Below are positions 45,219 through 61,963 of a stretch of DNA of 64,000 nucleotides, piece by piece. The stretch lies in sequence record PP813861.1, one strand, 5' to 3'. The first letter of the stretch is position 1, and every line of letters begins with the position of its first letter. The notes under the pieces are model-generated. The model searched no databases and was not told the origin of the DNA. It saw only the letters and a program-made list of their open reading frames with translations. The position numbers and the translations under genes were made by a program.

Positions 45219-45955
45219 TATAACCCCTCGTAAATATCCTTTCGTTTTGGATTTATGCCTGCAACCTTGCCTTTACTGTTATCGATGTAACAAAGGTATT
45301 CATCACAAATGGTAGTCTTTACAAAAGGAATCAATTGGTTTAGTTCCAATAGAGTGTACTCTTTACCCAAATATTTACACATCTGGGTCAATGGACTACA
45401 CATCACATTATAAATTCCCTTAGTATTTTTTAGAGAGAGGTATTCACCATCAATATCTCTATCATTATTTATCATGTAAATATCACGAATAGGATAATTA
45501 TCTTTTAATGGTCCGTTACCAAACTTAACACCATGTACACCATTGGGTCCATTTAGTAAATAATAACCAGTTGGCACAGACCAATATGTGGTGCCTTTAA
45601 ATCCTGAGAGTAAACCATACGGCTCATGATAATCAGAAGTAAAGCATTGTTCATCATTACAGATGACTTCTTGATACATCGAATAATTAACAAGAATCTG
45701 TTTAGTTGGATCACTTGGTTTAACTAATGGAATAACTGAATATTCTGGATAACTAGTCCATCCGCAACTACCAAGTCCAGATTGTTGGTCGAAGTTACAT
45801 GGAGCAATTCGCGGAGTATGATTAGAGTAGAATAAGGGTACTCCATAAAAAGCAAGTGGTTCGTAATTAACACTAGCTTTAGTACACATGCCAATACTAA
45901 TCAGAAATACCGCACAAAATACACGCATCGATAATTTAAACATCAGTGCATCCAC
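45218..45955 (-). CDS. Cys-rich exported protein
   Basis: Signal/TM N-terminus, multiple Cys pairs. Confidence 0.7.
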   Translation of the reverse strand: MDALMFKLSMRVFCAVFLISIGMCTKASVNYEPLAFYGVPLFYSNHTPRIAPCNFDQQSGLGSCGWTSYPEYSVIPLVKPSDPTKQILVNYSMYQEVICNDEQCFTSDYHEPYGLLSGFKGTTYWSVPTGYYLLNGPNGVHGVKFGNGPLKDNYPIRDIYMINNDRDIDGEYLSLKNTKGIYNVMCSPLTQMCKYLGKEYTLLELNQLIPFVKTTICDEYLCYIDNSKGKVAGINPKRKDIYEGL

Positions 45956-46727
45956 CCTCGGTTTCCTTAATTGCTAATTTTACTAATACATTAACCCATG
46001 CACCTTCATCGAGTAGCCAACCGGCCGCGCCTGTACCATGCTCGGCAAATCCAAGACTATCTAGATAATGTAGCATGAATGTAGTCGGACCAAATCCATA
46101 TTTCTTATCACATTCATTACGTTTAGAAGTATTCCAACCTTGGCGATATATATCCAATACGTCATCAATATAACGCAACTCTGCTTCTGGATGACCACAG
46201 CCACACAGGTTAAATAATTTGCGTGTAATGGTGTTGTATGTATCACTATATTCTTTTTCATTATAATCAATGAAAGAGCCTTCTCGTTTGAATAGTTGCT
46301 TATCGGATGCTAAATCATTAAAATGACCAGGGTAATCTTGAGATGGAAGTGCACCTAGCGCCATTAGTATAATAACGCGCGGGTCTTTACGTTCAACTGA
46401 TTCAATGAGTACTTCAAAGTTAAGTTCTCGTTGCACCACATTGTTATTGCTGTTGATATTATTCAGCAGAATGTCCATAGCTTCTTGACCATGCCAACTA
46501 CGGATGTTAGGTTGGTTATTAGTATAACCAGTAATGGTCAATTGGTTAGCTGTATTTGATTCACCAACAGTAACATGTAGGTAATAAGGACATTGTTCTA
46601 ATTTCTTAGTAATATCAGTTGAAAATTTATTACCCTCAAGTAGTCCAATATCGCCATGACCGATATACAAACAGATACCTTCAGTAGAAGGTTGAGTGGT
46701 GTAGTTAAAGTTCAAGGATTTAAACAT
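45936..46727 (-). CDS. hypothetical protein with CGCG...EHG C-terminal domain
   Basis: 263 aa; LCGCGHPE and LDSLGFAEHGTG motifs. Confidence 0.75.
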   Translation of the reverse strand: MFKSLNFNYTTQPSTEGICLYIGHGDIGLLEGNKFSTDITKKLEQCPYYLHVTVGESNTANQLTITGYTNNQPNIRSWHGQEAMDILLNNINSNNNVVQRELNFEVLIESVERKDPRVIILMALGALPSQDYPGHFNDLASDKQLFKREGSFIDYNEKEYSDTYNTITRKLFNLCGCGHPEAELRYIDDVLDIYRQGWNTSKRNECDKKYGFGPTTFMLHYLDSLGFAEHGTGAAGWLLDEGAWVNVLVKLAIKETEGGCTDV

Positions 46728-46754
46728 ACTCTTTCCTCTATTATAAATGATTAG

Positions 46755-47195
46755 CTATTTACCGTTTATATAAAGATTAAATGGACATTGACACATGAAT
46801 TCCGCATTTAGAATACTTTCGATATTGTAACTAATTGATTTATCAGTGATGATGTTGATATCTAAATGCCATGTCTTAGTATTTTGAGTAACTAACCTGT
46901 ATTCAATGTCAATACTAAAACCTGGTGCATCAACTGGATCATCATCTCCTTCATTCTGATGGATAAAGTATGAAGATAAAGTATACCTGGCTTTAATATA
47001 TTCATCTGGTTTTATAACTTTTAAAGGGGCATTGATATGTGAAATAAAACCATGATAATTAAATTCTTTATCCCTAATATCGATAACTTTAGGAGTAACC
47101 GATACATAGGCTGGCCATTGTGGTAGATCTAGTTCACCATGTTTAGATTGGTCTTTATCGATAATGTGAAAAGCTCTAACAATTCTATTGAACAC
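46755..47195 (-). CDS. hypothetical protein
   Basis: 146-aa ORF. Confidence 0.7.
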   Translation of the reverse strand: MFNRIVRAFHIIDKDQSKHGELDLPQWPAYVSVTPKVIDIRDKEFNYHGFISHINAPLKVIKPDEYIKARYTLSSYFIHQNEGDDDPVDAPGFSIDIEYRLVTQNTKTWHLDINIITDKSISYNIESILNAEFMCQCPFNLYINGK

Positions 47196-47227
47196 TTGAT
47201 ATACCTTTTAACAAAAAATTATAAAGA

Positions 47228-47250
47228 AGAGTCCCCGTAATGGGGACTCT
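47228..47250 (-). terminator. intrinsic terminator
   Basis: AGAGTCCCC-GTAAT-GGGGACTCT. Confidence 0.8.
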
Positions 47251-47263
47251 ATTATATCGTATT

Positions 47264-47515
47264 TTATTTTTTATCGCGATTAGATGGTGCTAGTTTATAA
47301 AACTTCCGGAATTTATTAATAGACAATGTAAATGAATCTTCCCTACCATCCGGATAACCAAGATAAACATCTCGGCGAGAGAGTTTAATTAGCTTATGCG
47401 CTGTAGACACGCCATTTCGTTCGACTAGAAAAGTACGACCAATATAATCTTCTAGGTTATCTAGATTAGTTGCAGGGATGTATTTAGATTCTTTCAGAGT
47501 CAGGGTAGTGCTCAT
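47264..47515 (-). CDS. hypothetical protein
   Basis: 83-aa ORF. Confidence 0.65.
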   Translation of the reverse strand: MSTTLTLKESKYIPATNLDNLEDYIGRTFLVERNGVSTAHKLIKLSRRDVYLGYPDGREDSFTLSINKFRKFYKLAPSNRDKK

Positions 47516-47552
47516 TTAATTTCTTCACCAATTACGAAATAATAAATTAATT

Positions 47553-48611
47553 TTATTTCCAGAGTGTTTTACCAATTAGATCATTTTCTGCAATGAATGC
47601 ATCTAATTGATGTCCATAGTAAAGTAAACTATGAATTTGTTGATTTAGACGTTCTTTATTTGAACCTAAGAACATCTTGTGCTTTTCACTATCAGGTAGC
47701 TGATCGTAAACTCGTTGGCAGTACTTCTGTGCCACAACCTTACCAGATGCAAGGAAACGATCATCACCTTCGAATAACTGAGGGATAATATTTTCATCAA
47801 GATACTTACTGATTTCAGCATCTAGATCAAAATTAATAGTGTCATCGGTTGTTGCGACAGTATCTTCTTGCTGTTCATCATTCCATGGTATTTCAGAACT
47901 TACACTATCATCAAACTGATCACTAGTTGTAGTTTTAGCTAGTTGTTCATCAAATGATGATTGTTTATTTTTCTGTTTATCACGCAGGAAAATAATTGAT
48001 TCAACAATCTCATTAACAATGATGTCTAGATCGCGATTGGTATCTACAACAATTGAACTAGGTTGATTAATTAAGCGTCCATAACCTTCATCTACTTTAT
48101 TAAAGTAACTGGAACCCTTAGACTCATAATAGTCAAGACCTCGGTCGCGCATTTCAATTCGTTTTTTACGAACTTCTTCAGGAGCAGTTAAAAAGAAAGT
48201 AGCCGGTTCTGGAATAGAATGTAGTGTTCCTTGAAGAATATCCATAAATAGTTTTGATAGGTATGGATTAGTTTCTTCAAAAGGTACTACATTAAGAGCA
48301 TAAGTAGATGCAATGAAACGTTCAGTGATAACGATTTTATCATCTTTTAAAGCAGGTCGAATAATGTTTTCTACATTAAGCATCCTACCTGCACTATGCA
48401 TCAATACATCGAATTCTGGCGGACGAACTTCATCTTTAAATTCTGGCCAAATTAACATTTGTCGAATCTTTTCCGATGTAGCTGTACCACCTGGTTCACG
48501 CATTGCTACTACATCGTAATTGCGCTTACGTAGTTCCTCAACAACCATCTTTGTAACAGTTGTTTTACCAACACCTTCAGTTCCTTCGATACATACAAAT
48601 AAACCATTCAT
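47553..48611 (-). CDS. tmk: thymidylate kinase with C-terminal extension
   Basis: IEGTEGVGKTT, REPGG, ITERF motifs in the first ~205 aa. Confidence 0.92.
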   Translation of the reverse strand: MNGLFVCIEGTEGVGKTTVTKMVVEELRKRNYDVVAMREPGGTATSEKIRQMLIWPEFKDEVRPPEFDVLMHSAGRMLNVENIIRPALKDDKIVITERFIASTYALNVVPFEETNPYLSKLFMDILQGTLHSIPEPATFFLTAPEEVRKKRIEMRDRGLDYYESKGSSYFNKVDEGYGRLINQPSSIVVDTNRDLDIIVNEIVESIIFLRDKQKNKQSSFDEQLAKTTTSDQFDDSVSSEIPWNDEQQEDTVATTDDTINFDLDAEISKYLDENIIPQLFEGDDRFLASGKVVAQKYCQRVYDQLPDSEKHKMFLGSNKERLNQQIHSLLYYGHQLDAFIAENDLIGKTLWK

Positions 48612-48613
48612 TA

Positions 48614-48943
48614 CTAATCCCTCATCTTAAGTTTAATTACTGCTTCAACATTATCTTCTAAATCTTGTTGCGATAATTCTAATGAAGCTCTATAACCTAA
48701 GCTATATAGAACATCAACTAATACATCAATGCTTAAAGCTGGTAAATTAAACATTTTAATATTCTCACTAAGTTCATCAGAGATGCCTAGTTTAGTGAAA
48801 ACATCATCAATCAATACTTTTTGAGAAATGGCTTTTTGACGGGCAGTTTGTACAATTGCAATAACTAGATTATATTTGATATTGTCAGAATGTGATTTTT
48901 TATTATCACCATGAACTTCTTTAAATAAATTCTGATCCGCCAT
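48614..48943 (-). CDS. XRE/HigA-like helix-turn-helix protein
   Basis: ISQKVL...LGIS...LSIDVLVDVLYSLGY pattern. Confidence 0.55.
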   Translation of the reverse strand: MADQNLFKEVHGDNKKSHSDNIKYNLVIAIVQTARQKAISQKVLIDDVFTKLGISDELSENIKMFNLPALSIDVLVDVLYSLGYRASLELSQQDLEDNVEAVIKLKMRD

Positions 48944-49012
48944 AATACTCAGTTCCTTAAATTATTAAAATGTACTATTTAGCCATTAAACTTTTTTAAT
49001 ATAAAAAATGAC

Positions 49013-49033
49013 CAGTGGGCAATGCACCCACTG
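49013..49033 (-). terminator. intrinsic terminator
   Basis: CAGTGGG-CAATGCA-CCCACTG. Confidence 0.6.
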
Positions 49034-49063
49034 ATCTTATTATATTGAAATAGCTAGTATATA

Positions 49064-49468
49064 TTAGCTATTGACATCTTCAAAGAAGCTGGCTACACTT
49101 TCAACAACGTCAGTCATAGCGCTACTCTTATATTTGGTATCTACAACTGTTACAAGAGCACCACTGCGATCAATGATACCAGAAACAGTTGCACCGCCTG
49201 CATTATAAGAATAACCAAGCTCAGCAATGCTTTCATTTTCTTTCATGTACGGTGCGGCTTTTTCAGCAAATACATAACTTACAGCCGCTGCTAGTTGACC
49301 TGCACCTTCATGTACCTGCGCATACTGCTCGGCAGTAACGCCTGCTGGTTGAAGAACAACTTCTTCAAATAGACCGTCAGGGATCTCAAATACCCCGGCA
49401 TCAGACATGCTTACTTTTTCATTTAGGTTGTGGGTTTCGATAAACTTCTTGGTGGTTTCGATGGACAT
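49064..49468 (-). CDS. hypothetical acidic protein
   Basis: 134 aa. Confidence 0.8.
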   Translation of the reverse strand: MSIETTKKFIETHNLNEKVSMSDAGVFEIPDGLFEEVVLQPAGVTAEQYAQVHEGAGQLAAAVSYVFAEKAAPYMKENESIAELGYSYNAGGATVSGIIDRSGALVTVVDTKYKSSAMTDVVESVASFFEDVNS

Positions 49469-49498
49469 TTTAGTACTCTCTCTATTTACGGTGGTGGT

Positions 49499-49792
49499 TT
49501 AATTTACATCTTTTATCACAAAGCAACTACCATCATTAAAGACAACCTTAATTAGATTATCAGTTAATGGTCGTTTATATACAACACATTTTACATCGGG
49601 GAGTTTAACTACTTCTTTTAAAGCATCTGGCATACCAATTAGATTAATGGTAGTTAATACTTTATTCAGTGGGCCAAGATGTGAAGTCAGTTCTTGCGCT
49701 GACTTAATCAAATCTACCATTGTTTTGTCTTTATCTACCATGCTAGTTACTCGATTTGATATATGAAGTACATACGTCACCCAGGTCTTCAC
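49499..49792 (-). CDS. hypothetical protein
   Basis: 97-aa ORF overlapping upstream gene. Confidence 0.6.
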   Translation of the reverse strand: MKTWVTYVLHISNRVTSMVDKDKTMVDLIKSAQELTSHLGPLNKVLTTINLIGMPDALKEVVKLPDVKCVVYKRPLTDNLIKVVFNDGSCFVIKDVN

Positions 49793-50297
49793 CAGAGTCG
49801 ATCATCTCACGAGCATCACCGATGGGAGTACCAGGGTGCTCACGCTCGGTTGCTTTAGCCACGTGTTCAATTGCAACTGGAGACCATCGAGCGGCGACAG
49901 CCTCACATACACCGATCGAATTCACTCTACGGATCATATGTGCACCAGTATCAATTACACTGAAACTGAGTTCACTAATAATTTCCACTCCTTTTAGTTT
50001 ATCGATACTATCAATAACCTGCGTACTAATTAGATAATTAGCTGTATCGTTATTATACGCAAGCACTAGTTTGAAACTCATTAGGGAGTTATCTTTATCG
50101 GTGTCCCCAGCGATTAACTCATGATTTGAAGTGAGTGTATAGATACAACTACTCTCCTGAGCAGTAATTGGTGATCCTGGTGAAGAACTATATACACTAG
50201 GTGCATTAGCTGTATTTAGTGCAAACTTATTTACAGTGGAATTAGCGCCAGGAACTTTATAACCAATAGGTCTGGCAGTGAAAATTACAACGCTCAT
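49743..50297 (-). CDS. hypothetical early protein
   Basis: 184 aa, GAGGA RBS, after TATATTAC promoter. Confidence 0.75.
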   Translation of the reverse strand: MSVVIFTARPIGYKVPGANSTVNKFALNTANAPSVYSSSPGSPITAQESSCIYTLTSNHELIAGDTDKDNSLMSFKLVLAYNNDTANYLISTQVIDSIDKLKGVEIISELSFSVIDTGAHMIRRVNSIGVCEAVAARWSPVAIEHVAKATEREHPGTPIGDAREMIDSGEDLGDVCTSYIKSSN

Positions 50298-50342
50298 TGT
50301 GATTCCTCTTTACTAGATAGATGGTTTCCTAATTACACACTA

Positions 50343-50372
50343 GTAATATAAATCTCAAATTTTTTTTAATAC
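50343..50372 (-). promoter_or_regulatory. phiKZ-type early promoter
   Basis: Minus strand ATTAAAAAAAATTTGAGATTTATATTAC. Confidence 0.8.
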
Positions 50373-50380
50373 GAAATAAA

Positions 50381-50398
50381 GCCTCCCCGAAGGGAGGC
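50381..50398 (-). terminator. intrinsic terminator, UUCG loop
   Basis: GCCTCCC-CGAA-GGGAGGC. Confidence 0.85.
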
Positions 50399-50405
50399 AT
50401 TTATG

Positions 50406-51098
50406 TCAATTACCACTATAGGTACCTTCAGTACCTTGTTCTTTACGTCTTACGAGGCGTTGATGAATTGCACTAAGAGCACGGTCCATTGAATTAATCA
50501 CTACCTGATTCTCTTCACATGCAAATGGGCCTGCTTGATAACCTTCAAATAAATCTTTAACGATTTTAAGTAGACAGTCAGCAGTTAGGCCATTTACACC
50601 AACTTCTGGAACAAGTCCATTCTGCATTAGGATAACACATTCAGTCAGATTATCACCAGGCATAGCAGCTGGGTTAGTCTGAGCATTATAACCAGTTACC
50701 ACATAACGTTTAGTTGCACCTGATTTCTGATCAATACCACTTGCTTCAATATTTAGACCATTTTCATCAAAATGTTCATGGCCATAAATACCTTGCATAG
50801 TTACCCATCCACCATCTTCTTGATAAATCCAATCTACCCCATTTACATGATAAGTATCACCTGGTTCAGGGTCAGTTGGAAGATCTTTAGTAGTGGTTAA
50901 TGCACGGATACGCGCATATTCTTCAATTGCAATTTGTACATCAGTTGCAGTAATTTTCTTCTCAGGTTCAGTAGCTTCATCTTGTTGAGACTTATCGCTA
51001 CCTTCCTTTTGATCATTATCCATATCGGAAGAATCTACTGTACTTTTAGCTTCTTTACTTTCTAAGGAAGCTAACCACTCAAGATTAGGTTTAGACAT
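50406..51098 (-). CDS. tad1: Tad1-like (Acb2/Tad1 family) immune-signal sponge with acidic N-terminal extension
   Basis: GATKRYVV...ILMQNG...GLTADCLLKIVKDLFEGYQAGPFACEEN...ALSAIHQRLVRRKEQGTEGT matches the recalled Tad1 pattern (FQAGPF..REN...AL.W...R..R..R.V.GT); start at 51098 has GAGGT RBS. Confidence 0.8.
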   Translation of the reverse strand: MSKPNLEWLASLESKEAKSTVDSSDMDNDQKEGSDKSQQDEATEPEKKITATDVQIAIEEYARIRALTTTKDLPTDPEPGDTYHVNGVDWIYQEDGGWVTMQGIYGHEHFDENGLNIEASGIDQKSGATKRYVVTGYNAQTNPAAMPGDNLTECVILMQNGLVPEVGVNGLTADCLLKIVKDLFEGYQAGPFACEENQVVINSMDRALSAIHQRLVRRKEQGTEGTYSGN

Positions 51099-51105
51099 AC
51101 TTACC

Positions 51106-51411
51106 TCAATAAATGAAACCACCAATGTAAAGTGACACTACTACATCGGCAACCCGAGGGTCTTGTGAATATTTAGATTTGACTAGTTTAATAAGTTCGG
51201 CTCGATTTTTAATGAAGCCTAGTTTCTTATTATCAATTTCTTCAGCTTTAATTAGGAAGTCATCTAACTTCTTCTTACTACCCAGTAAATTAATCACCAT
51301 TTGATCAATAACTGCATTAGAATTTGATAGTTTAGTTAATTCTTGTTCAAAAACTTCCTTACGTCCTTCTGATCCAATTAAAGCTAGACCGATCTTTTTA
51401 AGTAGAGACAT
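51106..51411 (-). CDS. hypothetical protein
   Basis: 101 aa, AGGT RBS. Confidence 0.7.
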   Translation of the reverse strand: MSLLKKIGLALIGSEGRKEVFEQELTKLSNSNAVIDQMVINLLGSKKKLDDFLIKAEEIDNKKLGFIKNRAELIKLVKSKYSQDPRVADVVVSLYIGGFIY

Positions 51412-51469
51412 GTTAATTACCTATTACATTGGTTTAAGAATGGTTACAATAAATAACTATTCCAAGTAT

Positions 51470-60245
<8,776 letters not shown>

Positions 60246-60308
60246 TGACGATTAGTAAAGTATCATATCGTTGTTTAACTTAGTATTACCAAAATAGGAA
60301 AATAGAAA

Positions 60309-61961
60309 ATGAAGAAGGCATTAGTTCCTTTTAATATTTCTTTACTTATTCCCACTAAAGAACAATTAAAGTTCTTAGGTCAAGTAAAGAGTCATGAGAT
60401 ATTTGAAGGTTTAGGTGGTAACTTTCATGAAGATGGTTTGTTCTCTGTTTCCATTTTTGGAAGAGTTGGATCAACTGATCGTGAGAGTTTATTTGGATAT
60501 ATTCATTTAGGTTTAGAACTTATCCATCCAGCTGTATATCGAAACTTAATTAAATTAAAAGCTTTCTATGAAGAAATTATTCTTGGTAAGGCATTTGCAG
60601 TATTTGACGAATCTATTAAAGATTTTATCCGCGCCGATGAACTAACTGGTAAAACTGGTTATACATTCTTTTTTGATAACTGGAAACGAATTGACTTTGG
60701 GTCCACTAAGTCAGGGGTTCGGCTATCAAGGTTACAATTAATCGAAAAATATAAAGATAACTGTATTTTTAAAGACATGCTTGTAACACCAGCCGCTTAT
60801 CGTGATGCAGAGATTGATGAGAATAATCGTGTTGAGATGGATGAGATCAATGAACACTATAGGTATCTATTAAATCAGTCGTTTGGTGTACCTGATAGCT
60901 TTGGACCAAATGATGACTTGAGTATCTATGATCGCAAACGAGTAGCAATGCAAAACACCGTATTAGCTATTTATGAACATTATGAACGACTGCTATCCGG
61001 TAAACGTGGATACATTCAATCTAAATGGGCATCCCGTCGTATTGCCAATGGTACACGTAACGTCATTAGTTCGCTAGATACTAATGCTGCTGATCTTGAT
61101 TCACCTAATCGACCAACATTCAAAGATGCCGTAGTTGGCTTACATCAAGCAGCTCGTTCAGTTGCACCGCGTACAATCTTTGCACTAAGGCAAGGTGTAG
61201 TTGGTGAAGTGTTTGATACAGTTACTAACACTGTACAGCTCATCAATAAGAAAACACTACGTTTAGAATGGGTCGATATCTCTAACGAAGATATGGATTT
61301 ATGGGGAACTCCTGAAGGGCAAGAACAAATCATCAATGAGTTAGATGTCATTGAAAAACGTTCACGTGCAATTGAAATTGCTGATCATTATCTAGCCCTT
61401 ATTTACGTTGATGATAAACAGAATTTTAAAATATTCCGCAACATCGATGAGTTACCTACTAATCTAAATAAGAAATTTGTTAGACCTATTACTTATGCCG
61501 AATTAGTTTACCTTAGTGGATTAAGTATGTGGCGAACAAACTCAGCGTTTGTTACACGATATCCTGTAGAAAACTACAATAGCTCTATCCCCTGTAAGAT
61601 GTATGTTAAAACAACCGTAGTGGGTGAATTACGTTATCCGTTAAATGATCAATGGGAACGTGATGATACGTTGGAACCAGCCTTAGAATTCCCTGTGTTT
61701 GAATTAAATAAACCAGCCCAGTGGCATGACTCAGTATCCATCTCTCCTTCTATTCTCGCGCCATTGGGGGCGGATTTCGACGGGGACACTGTATCATTTA
61801 ACGCAGTTTATTCAGAGGAAGCTATCGCTGAAACAGATGCTTTCTTTAAGAAACGTATTGCATATATACATGCCGATGGTCGACTGGCATTTAGTGTTGG
61901 TGTCCATACACTCAATTTAACTCTTCGGTACATGACTGGGGAACCCAAACAAAGGGATTAA
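60309..61961 (+). CDS. virion RNA polymerase beta' subunit (catalytic part), phiKZ gp180-like
   Basis: GADFDGD Mg-binding motif; FHEDGLFSVSIFG and LLSGKRGYIQ...RNVIS beta' motifs. Confidence 0.93.
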   Translation: MKKALVPFNISLLIPTKEQLKFLGQVKSHEIFEGLGGNFHEDGLFSVSIFGRVGSTDRESLFGYIHLGLELIHPAVYRNLIKLKAFYEEIILGKAFAVFDESIKDFIRADELTGKTGYTFFFDNWKRIDFGSTKSGVRLSRLQLIEKYKDNCIFKDMLVTPAAYRDAEIDENNRVEMDEINEHYRYLLNQSFGVPDSFGPNDDLSIYDRKRVAMQNTVLAIYEHYERLLSGKRGYIQSKWASRRIANGTRNVISSLDTNAADLDSPNRPTFKDAVVGLHQAARSVAPRTIFALRQGVVGEVFDTVTNTVQLINKKTLRLEWVDISNEDMDLWGTPEGQEQIINELDVIEKRSRAIEIADHYLALIYVDDKQNFKIFRNIDELPTNLNKKFVRPITYAELVYLSGLSMWRTNSAFVTRYPVENYNSSIPCKMYVKTTVVGELRYPLNDQWERDDTLEPALEFPVFELNKPAQWHDSVSISPSILAPLGADFDGDTVSFNAVYSEEAIAETDAFFKKRIAYIHADGRLAFSVGVHTLNLTLRYMTGEPKQRD

Positions 61962-61963
61962 TC

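Noticed and set aside
60246-60308. Late promoters (TATG) at the divergent gp181/gp180 junction and elsewhere
   Set aside because: A 4-nt motif cannot be distinguished from chance in AT-rich DNA without TSS data
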